From IMG/VR virus record IMGVR_UViG_3300031992_000011: 64,000 bases of DNA, one strand, 5' to 3'. The notes below the pieces were generated by a model. That model saw nothing but the letters and a program-made list of their open reading frames with translations, was not told the origin of the DNA and did not search any database. Made by a program: the position numbers and the translations under genes. This stretch comes from a virus (taxonomy: Duplodnaviria; Caudoviricetes). Position 1 is the first letter of the stretch; each line of letters begins with the position of its first letter. This document shows positions 1 to 9,017 of this stretch, piece by piece.

Positions 1-579
1 TATGTCATTGGCGCACGGTTCGAATTCACTTATGACACAAGTGGCGGGATCACCACAGGAGAACCAGATGGCGGATTATATTTCACTGAGTCTTATACAT
101 ACGAAGAAAACAGTGATATAGACATGATTGTCAATCAACAAGACGATTTTGATAAACTTATAAATGGGAATTATGTCAACCGATACATAGAAGATGAAAA
201 TCAAGATAAGACATATTACGCCAATGGATTGTGTTTCCCGTTCAAACTTTACGGAACGACAAATGACGTGGAGAGGGACATCGGCTGGCAAAAGGGCAAC
301 ACAACATATGTGATGTCCGAATACAGCACAAAAGTCAAACACACTTATGACACAATCAAGAATAGAACCGGATATGAGAAATACGAGACAAACGCCTTAT
401 ACAAGGACGACTCGTTGTCAAACCTGTTATATGCGCCGAACGTCAGCGGCGACATATTCATAAAACGCGGCAACAATTCCGCCTTCGACAGACACATAAG
501 GTTGTCCGAGATAAAGACATTGGACGATCTTGACACATATGAAAATGGCGCATATTACAAGATCGAGAACTTGAGTTGA
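1..579 (+). CDS. 5'-truncated hypothetical protein, probably virion-associated
   Basis: The frame is open from base 1 to TGA at 577-579 and lies directly upstream of the structural genes. Confidence 0.55.
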   Translation, partial: YVIGARFEFTYDTSGGITTGEPDGGLYFTESYTYEENSDIDMIVNQQDDFDKLINGNYVNRYIEDENQDKTYYANGLCFPFKLYGTTNDVERDIGWQKGNTTYVMSEYSTKVKHTYDTIKNRTGYEKYETNALYKDDSLSNLLYAPNVSGDIFIKRGNNSAFDRHIRLSEIKTLDDLDTYENGAYYKIENLS

Positions 580-619
580 AAAACATTTTTCCTTAAATTT
601 ATATAAAAAAGACCGCAGC

Positions 620-1531
620 ATGAATGCCATATACGGAATAGTCAAACCATCATTGATAGACGTCAACAAAGACGTTGACATCTACTACCACTACAGGAAG
701 TCAAGGACTTCCGACGACCCTTCTTTCCGGAAATTCAGGAAGATACAGGATCCGACAATAATGCTCAGTGGAACAGACATCGCCGATTCAGACATCGGCG
801 ACATGGTTGACAGCCAGCTTCCCGGAATGTTCAGGTTAAACCTACCGTTGAGCATATTCAGCAGGAAAGGCATATACACGATATACATCAAACCCAGGGA
901 ATACAAGACATTGATAGCGGACATAGGGGCCCTGCAGTCATATCCCGACATACGCGGTGTTGTGGTCAACGAAACGAATATGCCTTCAAACCTCAAGAGC
1001 GGCGCACCGGACAGCCTTGTTGGATACGCAATATCATATTTTAGCGACGGAAGCAGGGACGACGTCTACCGCATAGTGACCAGCAGCAACAGATGCAGCG
1101 TTTCGACAGAACAGCTGAACAATCCGTACCAGCAGGCGCCGGCATACCGTTACAACGACGGAGGAACTTTGTGGTTCCTCACGGTGACACCGTCATCACG
1201 GCCGGACTTCAAAACAAACGCACTGCCGTACATAGGAACTCCCGGACAGACAATCACACTGTCAAACACAAAGTTCGACCCGGTGATGGTAGAGGTGGAG
1301 ATTGTGGACCACGACATCGAGACCGTCAGTGTGATGCTTGAGGGCGAGCAGGTCAGGAATCTTGAGAATGGAAGGGTCACGCACTATAATTTTGACGGTG
1401 AGATATACAAACAGTTCGAGTTCTCGACGGTTAAGGACAACTACACCACGAGCAACGTTGCGGAGGTGAAACTCGACAAGTCCGGAAACATCGACACGAG
1501 TCTTGACATACAAGAACTTAGAGACGCATAA
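620..1531 (+). CDS. hypothetical phage structural protein
   Basis: 303-aa beta-rich ORF, translationally coupled (TAATG) to the baseplate-like gene. Confidence 0.55.
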   Translation: MNAIYGIVKPSLIDVNKDVDIYYHYRKSRTSDDPSFRKFRKIQDPTIMLSGTDIADSDIGDMVDSQLPGMFRLNLPLSIFSRKGIYTIYIKPREYKTLIADIGALQSYPDIRGVVVNETNMPSNLKSGAPDSLVGYAISYFSDGSRDDVYRIVTSSNRCSVSTEQLNNPYQQAPAYRYNDGGTLWFLTVTPSSRPDFKTNALPYIGTPGQTITLSNTKFDPVMVEVEIVDHDIETVSVMLEGEQVRNLENGRVTHYNFDGEIYKQFEFSTVKDNYTTSNVAEVKLDKSGNIDTSLDIQELRDA

Positions 1532-4155
1532 TGGGAAGGTACAGCAAATCATATAGCAACTATGTGCTGCGCAAGAAGCACATGGGTGTTGAAGGAGGAA
1601 CCATATTCGAGCGCGACTGGGTGACTATCGGCGAACGCCATAAACTCGAGCCCGGCAAACGTCCGACCTATGGAAGCGGAAACTTTGTCTTCACGGACAA
1701 CAGCCGAATCAACACGAAGAAGAGGCATAAGTACGGAACAGAGGTGTCGAGGTGGACATACGGCGATGTCGCCAACGCGCAGCCGGACACCAATATCGTA
1801 AAGGTGAACATGCGCAGCAACGACATGCGGGATTTCGCGTATTACGGATCGTGTGTCGAACTTGTCCGCACGGCGATAATCCACATCATCGAATGGTTCC
1901 CGGCATCGGTCACAGCAAGCCAAAACGTGCTGTACACCACAGAAGACGGAAAAAAGAGATACGGGATTTCAAACCCGCTTGGGATAGACTTTACACATTC
2001 CGTGTCACTTGCCGACATGGAAGGGATAAACCCGATGCGACTGCTCACGGTCACATGGCCTGAATACAGCGTGAACGGCAGTCTGATCACGTCATACCTT
2101 GTCAGCACAAACTTTCCGTACGAATGCGCCGAGGACAACGAAGGTCTTGTCGTCCAGACTGTGGAGATGGTGCTTGACAACGGCACTTCCACCGTGCTGT
2201 ACGGTTACTACAGTGACGGGGAGATAGTGTTCACGACACAGGATCCCAAGCTCGTAATCGAACCGAAATCGTTCCACTTGAAACTTTTCTTCGACTCACT
2301 GTCAGGTTTCGAGAAAATCCTGTTGGACAACACGACAAAACCATGCTACACGGCAAAACTGTTGACGCCGGTCGAATCTGACGGGGTGACCCGGTATGTG
2401 TACAGAAACTACACTTGGCCGTCTGACGGACGGTGCATAACGGCCGAAGGCGGCGCGTATGACATGTATGTCCAATCACTTTATGACATCGCCGAGAGGT
2501 TCGACTCGGAGTGGTGCGACAACCTGTACCGCAGGATGACACATGAGGCAATAAAGAACTTCGACTGGACATACACGAAGGACTACAATGACGGGGACGA
2601 ACTTTACAACATCGAGGGCGGAAACATCATGGCGAGCATGCTCAAGGTGATAGGCCGTCAGTTTGATGACCTCAAGCGCGGCATAGACGGGATAAGGATG
2701 ACCAACAACATCAGTTATGACGGATGCAACAATATCACGGACGCGGAACTCACTGACAGACTTGACATGCGCGGATGGGACACAGTGTCTGTGATACCGT
2801 CATTGACGGACGGAAACGGATATGCGGTGGCACAGTCGAGCACATCACTAAGACCTTCCGCCATATACAGATTCACAGCGAAGGGATCGTATGATGTGTT
2901 CGGCAGCAAGAGCGGTTTCTTCAAGAGCGTTACGTCCGGACACAGGATGTGGTATTCCGGCAAGGACCCGGTCACACTGACGGCGTCTGACGTGGACACG
3001 GATTTCATGCGCACACTTCTGCTGTTCACAAGGCATATTTGCAGGCACAAAGGCACCGTGCATTCGGTTGAGATGATGATGGCCATGTTCGGGCTTGGGC
3101 GTGATGTGGACTACGAGCTGCACGAAGGATATCATACAGTCGAGACAAAACCCATGTTCTATGCCGATGAGTGCACCGGTGAGGTTACAGACCTGACGTA
3201 TGAGATGAGGCGTTCGCTGAGCAATGTGAACAACTATGACACACAAGACAGTTTTTACGACAAAGGAACGGACGAATATGAGTTCACGTACAGGCGCATA
3301 CCGATGGGCGAGATGACGTACAAGAATCTGAATTACAGGATACCGTTGTATGAAAAGGACAAGGAGTATGACGGTTTCTTCACATTTCAGTCAGAGGGCG
3401 GATGGGCTAAAAAGAGCATAGACATGATGACCGGATATGACTACACCGAGACATTGTCGTACCTGAGGACTGTTGACAACATCGGCGAACTGCTTGACGT
3501 GAGTCCACACGCGGTTGTCATGGGTGATGTATATTATGTGTACAGCATAACAGACTATGCGGAATATTTCAATGACACAGAAGTGCCGGTGTCACATTTC
3601 TTTGTCGTCACAAATGAGTTTGACACGTCCACTATGTCCTCGTGGAGGAACATACAGATGGATCCGGATGACGAGTCGTTCGTCGACGACGAAGCGTACC
3701 GCAAGGCAATGTACATGGACAACATCATATCAGTCAACACCGGAAACAACCCGCACACCGGATACGGCATGTATGACATGGGCGGCAAGTACCTTGAGTA
3801 CATGAGGACGCCTTTCTCCTACGCTGCGTCGCATTACAGGATGGACAATGACATACTCGAATCAATGATGTCAGACGAATACACTTTCAACATCTCCAAC
3901 AACGGTTATCTAAGTCATATGTATGGTGACGGAGAGGACGCTGACGAGGGGAAGGTGCGGAATGCCGCCGAATGCGAGGACGGAAATGACGGAATACTTC
4001 ACAGGTACTTTTTGAACGACAAGACATTCGTGATAAAGAACATGCACGAAAAAGACACCTTGTTCACGCAGTATTTCATGAATGTCATCTTCCCGTTTGT
4101 CGCACAGATGATACCTGCGACAACAATTTTGGTATTGGAAGGTTTTAGTGATTGA
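1531..4155 (+). CDS. putative baseplate wedge/tail protein
   Basis: 874 aa; RHKGTVHSVEMMMAMFG resembles the KGT motif of P2 gpI/T4 gp7-like baseplate proteins. Confidence 0.5.
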   Translation: MGRYSKSYSNYVLRKKHMGVEGGTIFERDWVTIGERHKLEPGKRPTYGSGNFVFTDNSRINTKKRHKYGTEVSRWTYGDVANAQPDTNIVKVNMRSNDMRDFAYYGSCVELVRTAIIHIIEWFPASVTASQNVLYTTEDGKKRYGISNPLGIDFTHSVSLADMEGINPMRLLTVTWPEYSVNGSLITSYLVSTNFPYECAEDNEGLVVQTVEMVLDNGTSTVLYGYYSDGEIVFTTQDPKLVIEPKSFHLKLFFDSLSGFEKILLDNTTKPCYTAKLLTPVESDGVTRYVYRNYTWPSDGRCITAEGGAYDMYVQSLYDIAERFDSEWCDNLYRRMTHEAIKNFDWTYTKDYNDGDELYNIEGGNIMASMLKVIGRQFDDLKRGIDGIRMTNNISYDGCNNITDAELTDRLDMRGWDTVSVIPSLTDGNGYAVAQSSTSLRPSAIYRFTAKGSYDVFGSKSGFFKSVTSGHRMWYSGKDPVTLTASDVDTDFMRTLLLFTRHICRHKGTVHSVEMMMAMFGLGRDVDYELHEGYHTVETKPMFYADECTGEVTDLTYEMRRSLSNVNNYDTQDSFYDKGTDEYEFTYRRIPMGEMTYKNLNYRIPLYEKDKEYDGFFTFQSEGGWAKKSIDMMTGYDYTETLSYLRTVDNIGELLDVSPHAVVMGDVYYVYSITDYAEYFNDTEVPVSHFFVVTNEFDTSTMSSWRNIQMDPDDESFVDDEAYRKAMYMDNIISVNTGNNPHTGYGMYDMGGKYLEYMRTPFSYAASHYRMDNDILESMMSDEYTFNISNNGYLSHMYGDGEDADEGKVRNAAECEDGNDGILHRYFLNDKTFVIKNMHEKDTLFTQYFMNVIFPFVAQMIPATTILVLEGFSD

Positions 4156-4160
4156 ACGCA

Positions 4161-5459
4161 ATGTCAGACAACACAACATACAAAGTTATAACCGTGGAAC
4201 GCGAAGTTGGGGGCAAGTGGGAGACACTGCAGGACCAACAGGTGATAACTTATGACATGCGGCCACATGTCGTGAGGTTCAGGGTGTCTGTGGGCGGAAA
4301 AGCGACCGACCACTTCACGCTTATGGCGAACGGTGACATGAATTTCGACTACGACCTTGAAACAGGTGGGTATGTCATCGTGAGACTTCCTCGAAATTTG
4401 GATGACGATCATACGACAACGCTGATATTTGCTGATTTCACCGATTACTACAATCGGATGTCAGTAGTGCTGCGCCATCATGCGGAACCATACGAGATAA
4501 CCATAGATGAAGTGCGCGTCGACAATGACACTGTGACCGCAGACATTGACGTGGACGGGACAAAATGGATACACATACCTCCGTACGTGAATGAGGAGAA
4601 TGAGGACAACGGGAAGTACAGGCCTCAGCGGATAAGCGTGTCTGTGTCAATAAGCGGAGGCAGAAGAACACCGTACATACGGGTCGACAAATTGAGACTT
4701 ACGAATATGTACAGTGGCGACACAGATGACGGCGGCGCCATTGAAGAGTCATGGGAGAAGGTTTCCAACGACAGATCGGTCCGAATCGACGAGATTGGAA
4801 ACGGATACAGAGATGGCGAAGGGGACATGACACATTACAGCATCGCGTTGCTGGCTGACGGAAACTTCGATCCTCTGTTTCCGGACGTCAGATATGCTTA
4901 TGTTGTCCGTATACGACACGCCGGAAACCCGCGAGAAGTCTATGACGATCTGTGGATTGACTACAACGGAGGCGATGTGACTGACGGAACCACACCGGCA
5001 CAGAAGATGGCGACGTCGACACCGATAACGGCGATGCCGGCCGGTGCAGACTTGTCAAAACCGACAGTGTATAAGGAAGACGTCGTTAGTTATGAGGCCA
5101 GGCCTGCGGCACCGGAGATTGTTATACCGGACACAGTTGAGAGGATGACCGACGGCGAAGGTCCGGAACACAACACGTTCTTTGTGAGTAAAGGGGATGA
5201 AGGATACGTTGAGGTGTCCTACCGCATGTCTACCGCTTATGAGGACAACAGACTAAGCGTGAACACTCACAGTCTGAGGATATTGTGTGACGTCAACAAG
5301 ACTGACGAGGAATACATGTGGACTGTCCGTTTTTATGTGAACGAACGTTCAGTGTATGCATCCCCCGTCATCGCCAAGGTTTCAGTGTACCAGTCAATGC
5401 TGCCAAATGTCACGGACACCGTCTATGTCATATGGAATGAGGAAACTACAGGTTCATGA
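4161..5459 (+). CDS. hypothetical beta-rich (possibly Ig-like) virion protein
   Basis: Long acidic ORF in the same operon; the ATG at 4161 is preferred over the TTG at 4152. Confidence 0.5.
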   Translation: MSDNTTYKVITVEREVGGKWETLQDQQVITYDMRPHVVRFRVSVGGKATDHFTLMANGDMNFDYDLETGGYVIVRLPRNLDDDHTTTLIFADFTDYYNRMSVVLRHHAEPYEITIDEVRVDNDTVTADIDVDGTKWIHIPPYVNEENEDNGKYRPQRISVSVSISGGRRTPYIRVDKLRLTNMYSGDTDDGGAIEESWEKVSNDRSVRIDEIGNGYRDGEGDMTHYSIALLADGNFDPLFPDVRYAYVVRIRHAGNPREVYDDLWIDYNGGDVTDGTTPAQKMATSTPITAMPAGADLSKPTVYKEDVVSYEARPAAPEIVIPDTVERMTDGEGPEHNTFFVSKGDEGYVEVSYRMSTAYEDNRLSVNTHSLRILCDVNKTDEEYMWTVRFYVNERSVYASPVIAKVSVYQSMLPNVTDTVYVIWNEETTGS

Positions 5460-6276
5460 CTTGCTCACAGTCATTGGACACATCATCATATGAATCTATC
5501 GAGAATCTGATTGTGCGGTACTTGTTCGGAACTTCCTTGAGTTTATATTTCATTGTCGCGATGTCCCAAACGACAAAACCGTGCCCGCTGATGTTTTCAC
5601 CTGCGTCCCGCTGAAACACCGATCCTGCGTACACGAGAGGGACACCGCCTTTTTTTATCATCTGATGCTTGTGTATGTGCCCAGCCATTACGCAGTCAAG
5701 ACCTTCAAAATATGACGGGTCCACCCCAGAGTCAGACATCCGGCCGATGTCCGTGACAGCGCCTGCGTAGTCTCCGTGATACAGACCCACAAACTTGTGC
5801 TCAGGGTATTCATCCCTAAGACCGTCGATGTTCGGTTTTGCGAAACGGTCGAACATGGAGAACAGGACCCATACAACACCGTCATCCACGACATAACCGC
5901 TCTTGTAATCCAACGACTTGTCAATGAAGGTCACGTTCTCGTATGCTCCATTGATTTCGAAAGTTGGACTTATCGAGTCAGTCCTGTCCATATTGTTCTC
6001 AAGCATGTCATGGTTGCCGGCGACTATTATTGACGGACATATGGCGTCCATGAAATTCAGCATCTCATGGAACACTTGCCTCGCCTCATTCGTTGTCCGT
6101 ATTTTCTGATGAAACACGTCACCGACGACCACAATCCTCGCGTTTGACGGCGACGAGCACTTCTTCACCTCTTTCAGCACGGACGACATCAACACCTTAA
6201 CCATTTCCGAGTAAGGTCTGTCAGAGACGTCGTTCGGTATATGGATGTCGGCCATGTGTATAACTTTCTCAATCAT
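5446..6276 (-). CDS. SbcD/Mre11-like (gp47-like) metallophosphoesterase nuclease
   Basis: Motifs ADIH, GDVF, AGNHD, YHG, AGHIH and YAGS; an SbcC-like gene is nearby. Confidence 0.85.
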   Translation of the reverse strand: MIEKVIHMADIHIPNDVSDRPYSEMVKVLMSSVLKEVKKCSSPSNARIVVVGDVFHQKIRTTNEARQVFHEMLNFMDAICPSIIVAGNHDMLENNMDRTDSISPTFEINGAYENVTFIDKSLDYKSGYVVDDGVVWVLFSMFDRFAKPNIDGLRDEYPEHKFVGLYHGDYAGAVTDIGRMSDSGVDPSYFEGLDCVMAGHIHKHQMIKKGGVPLVYAGSVFQRDAGENISGHGFVVWDIATMKYKLKEVPNKYRTIRFSIDSYDDVSNDCEQVMNL

Positions 6277-6293
6277 ATGTACAATTTTTTACG

Positions 6294-6325
6294 CAAAGGT
6301 ACTACATTAAGTCCGTCTATGCAAA
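6294..6325 (-). promoter_or_regulatory. Bacteroidota-type -33/-7 promoter for the sbcD-like gene
   Basis: The minus strand reads TTTG-N20-TACCTTTG. Confidence 0.7.
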
Positions 6326-6413
6326 TTTTTAGAAAACTTTAACAATCGTGATTTTAATTTTTCTTCGCACGCGATATTGAAAGTTTAGAACTGTCAATTC
6401 CATATTAAAGACG

Positions 6414-7232
6414 ATGGAAGACAAGAGCAATAACGGTTTAAGGATGATCATGGGTCTTGACGTGTCAACAAGATGCGTCGGGATTACCGTGGCGTCTGTG
6501 TCGGACGAAGATTTCAAAGTTTTGGTGGTGACCCATCTGCGACCGAAGATACCGACCAAGATAAAGGGCACCGAGGCGTTATTCATGAAAAGCGCCGTGA
6601 TAGCGGACGAGCTTAAGAAATATGAAGCGTACGGGATAACGGACGTCGTGATAGAAGAGCCTCTGATAGGGAGCAACAACGCCAACACCGCGTCAACGCT
6701 GCTAAGGTTCAACGGGATGATTTCACAGTCGGTGTACGACACACTCCATGTGGTACCGGAATTCATATCTTCATATGACGCAAGAAAGTACGCATGCCCA
6801 CAGCTGATGACTGTGAGAAGGTTCAAGAAGAACGGAGATTTCGTGGGGAGGAAGAAAGTAACCCACGCGCTGAAACACGACGAGCTTGTCCTGTTCGGCG
6901 ACTTCAGTTTCGACTGCGCCAAGAAACTGATACTTTGGAACATCGTCTCAGAACGGTTCCCAGGTATACAGTGGCAGTACAAACCCAACGGGGACCTCAA
7001 GGACGAGAACTTTGACGCCAGCGACAGCCTGATATGTGTTCTCGGGCAATTGTCCAAGGAGAAGCACGAAGGTGAAGAACCGGCCGTAAAGGAATGGACC
7101 GACCACGGCGACCATGTGGAGTATAAGGTGGATTTCTGCGGGGAGACGATAGAGCACAGAATTGACATGGAAGAGGAAGAAGCGACACATGAGTTATCGC
7201 ACGACATGCGGGAATCGTACACAAATTGTTGA
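6414..7232 (+). CDS. RuvC-like Holliday junction resolvase
   Basis: RNase H-fold acidic motifs GLDVSTRCVG, VVIEEP and DASDS. Confidence 0.75.
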   Translation: MEDKSNNGLRMIMGLDVSTRCVGITVASVSDEDFKVLVVTHLRPKIPTKIKGTEALFMKSAVIADELKKYEAYGITDVVIEEPLIGSNNANTASTLLRFNGMISQSVYDTLHVVPEFISSYDARKYACPQLMTVRRFKKNGDFVGRKKVTHALKHDELVLFGDFSFDCAKKLILWNIVSERFPGIQWQYKPNGDLKDENFDASDSLICVLGQLSKEKHEGEEPAVKEWTDHGDHVEYKVDFCGETIEHRIDMEEEEATHELSHDMRESYTNC

Positions 7233-7298
7233 GAAAAATTTGCACATGTCATAGATTATGCCTATCTTTGCGGAAAATTTACTATAAGACACGAGGAT

Positions 7299-7574
7299 AT
7301 GGACAGAAAAACATTGACCGACGCGCTTTGTGAGATGGGGCATGATGATGCGATATTGTTCGACAACCCTTCTTTCGATGACGCGATAATAGGTGTGACT
7401 GACAACGGGCAAATATGCTACCAGTACGACAAGATGGTGGAGTGCCTGTCGAAGGAGGACGGGATGGACGAAGAGTCTGCCGCCGAATTCATTGACTACA
7501 ACACGGTAAGGGCGCTGCCTTATGTAAAACCCCAAGACAAACGACCGGTGATAATATACGGCATTTGGTATTAA
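7299..7574 (+). CDS. conserved phage hypothetical protein
   Basis: 91 aa (FDDAIIG...EFIDYN); TATCTTTG promoter at 7263-7270 and a terminator hairpin at about 7595-7627. Confidence 0.7.
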   Translation: MDRKTLTDALCEMGHDDAILFDNPSFDDAIIGVTDNGQICYQYDKMVECLSKEDGMDEESAAEFIDYNTVRALPYVKPQDKRPVIIYGIWY

Positions 7575-7659
7575 ATGCAGACAATTTTCAAAAAAAGACC
7601 CGTATTTTTTGCGGGTCTTGATTTTTTGTAGTATCTTTGTCGCGTGTTTCTTGTAGAAG

Positions 7660-8670
7660 ATGGAAGACGTGACCGACAAGATACTGACACTCTTGGAGTC
7701 ATTCCTCGGAGAATGGGGCAAGAGCAGCGGCGGGTGGCATTCGTTCAACTGCCCTTGTTGCGCTGAAGAGGACATGGTGGAACGCGACGGAAAGTACAAC
7801 TTGGAGGTGATGGTCGATCCGGAATCATCCGGCGGGGGCGGATATCATTGTTGGAAGTGCGGAGACTACAACGGGATGAAGGGCAGACTGATAAACCTGT
7901 TCAAGAAATATGCCCCTTACGAAACGACAGCAGAATTTGTGCGGACGGTCAGGGATTACCGTGATTCAAAGAAATACGAACTGAATTTCTCGACACCGGA
8001 TGACGAGATAGAAAGTGACGGGGAGATGACTTTGCCGGACGGTTTCCGGCCGGTAACGCCGGACGACAAGGACGCATACGGGTATCTGATTGGCAGAGGT
8101 CTGAACGACAGAATCATATCCAGACACCGTATAGGTTTTGTCGGCGCTGACACCAAAGACAGGAACATGGCGCACCGGATAGTTTTCCCGTCATACGACA
8201 TGTACGGAGCGCTCAACTATTGGACTGCGCGCGACTACACCGGCAAGAACAAGCAAAAGTCCAAGAATCCGAAACAGTCGAAACACGACATAGTCTTCAA
8301 CGAGTATCTGATCAACTGGTACGAGCCTGTGACACTTGTCGAAGGGCCGTTCGACCATGTGGTCACGCCAAACTCAATACCGCTTCTCGGCAAAGTGATG
8401 AAGAATGACAGCGCCGTCTACAAAGCGCTGACAGAGAGGTGCAGGTCAACCGTACGGATATTCCTTGACGACGACGCAAGACGCGACGCTGTCGCGATTT
8501 ACAAGATGCTTTCTTGCGGAGGAATGTCTGACCGATTGTATATTGTTGACACCGCATCGTGCGGCCACGACGCGTCGGACATATACAGGGATTCAGGACC
8601 ATACGGGATAATTTCCACCCTCTGTTCGGCGCACGAAATAAAGGAGTACGAACTTGCATTTGGAATATGA
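7660..8670 (+). CDS. DNA primase (zinc-binding + TOPRIM)
   Basis: CPCC and HCWKC zinc ligands, RIVFP, LVEGPFD, FLDDDA. Confidence 0.85.
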   Translation: MEDVTDKILTLLESFLGEWGKSSGGWHSFNCPCCAEEDMVERDGKYNLEVMVDPESSGGGGYHCWKCGDYNGMKGRLINLFKKYAPYETTAEFVRTVRDYRDSKKYELNFSTPDDEIESDGEMTLPDGFRPVTPDDKDAYGYLIGRGLNDRIISRHRIGFVGADTKDRNMAHRIVFPSYDMYGALNYWTARDYTGKNKQKSKNPKQSKHDIVFNEYLINWYEPVTLVEGPFDHVVTPNSIPLLGKVMKNDSAVYKALTERCRSTVRIFLDDDARRDAVAIYKMLSCGGMSDRLYIVDTASCGHDASDIYRDSGPYGIISTLCSAHEIKEYELAFGI

Positions 8671-9014
8671 CAGACTACTCGATACGCATAACATTCACGG
8701 ACAGAGAAATGAAGTCGTTGGAAAATTTCGTGTCCGCAAACGGCATAGATATCGCGGAATACGCGAAAGAGGCGGTCATGTCGAGGCTGAACGTGGACAG
8801 ATACGGCGACATGAACATGATGAAAAAACCGAAGACGACGCGCAAACGGACAACAAAGACAAAGACAGAAACTCCTCAGAACGAGAACGCAGACGCGGTA
8901 TCGCCACCGGAGGACGTAACTGTGCAACCAGAAACAGACACAACGCCACAGTCGACGGTTGAAACGGAGATTGAGGAGAAACCAAAGAAGCGTGTAATCA
9001 AGATAAAACGATGA
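8667..9014 (+). CDS. hypothetical protein with a low-complexity tail
   Basis: The ATG at 8667 overlaps the primase stop (ATGA); K/T/E-rich C-terminus. Confidence 0.6.
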   Translation: MTDYSIRITFTDREMKSLENFVSANGIDIAEYAKEAVMSRLNVDRYGDMNMMKKPKTTRKRTTKTKTETPQNENADAVSPPEDVTVQPETDTTPQSTVETEIEEKPKKRVIKIKR

Positions 9015-9017
9015 GAT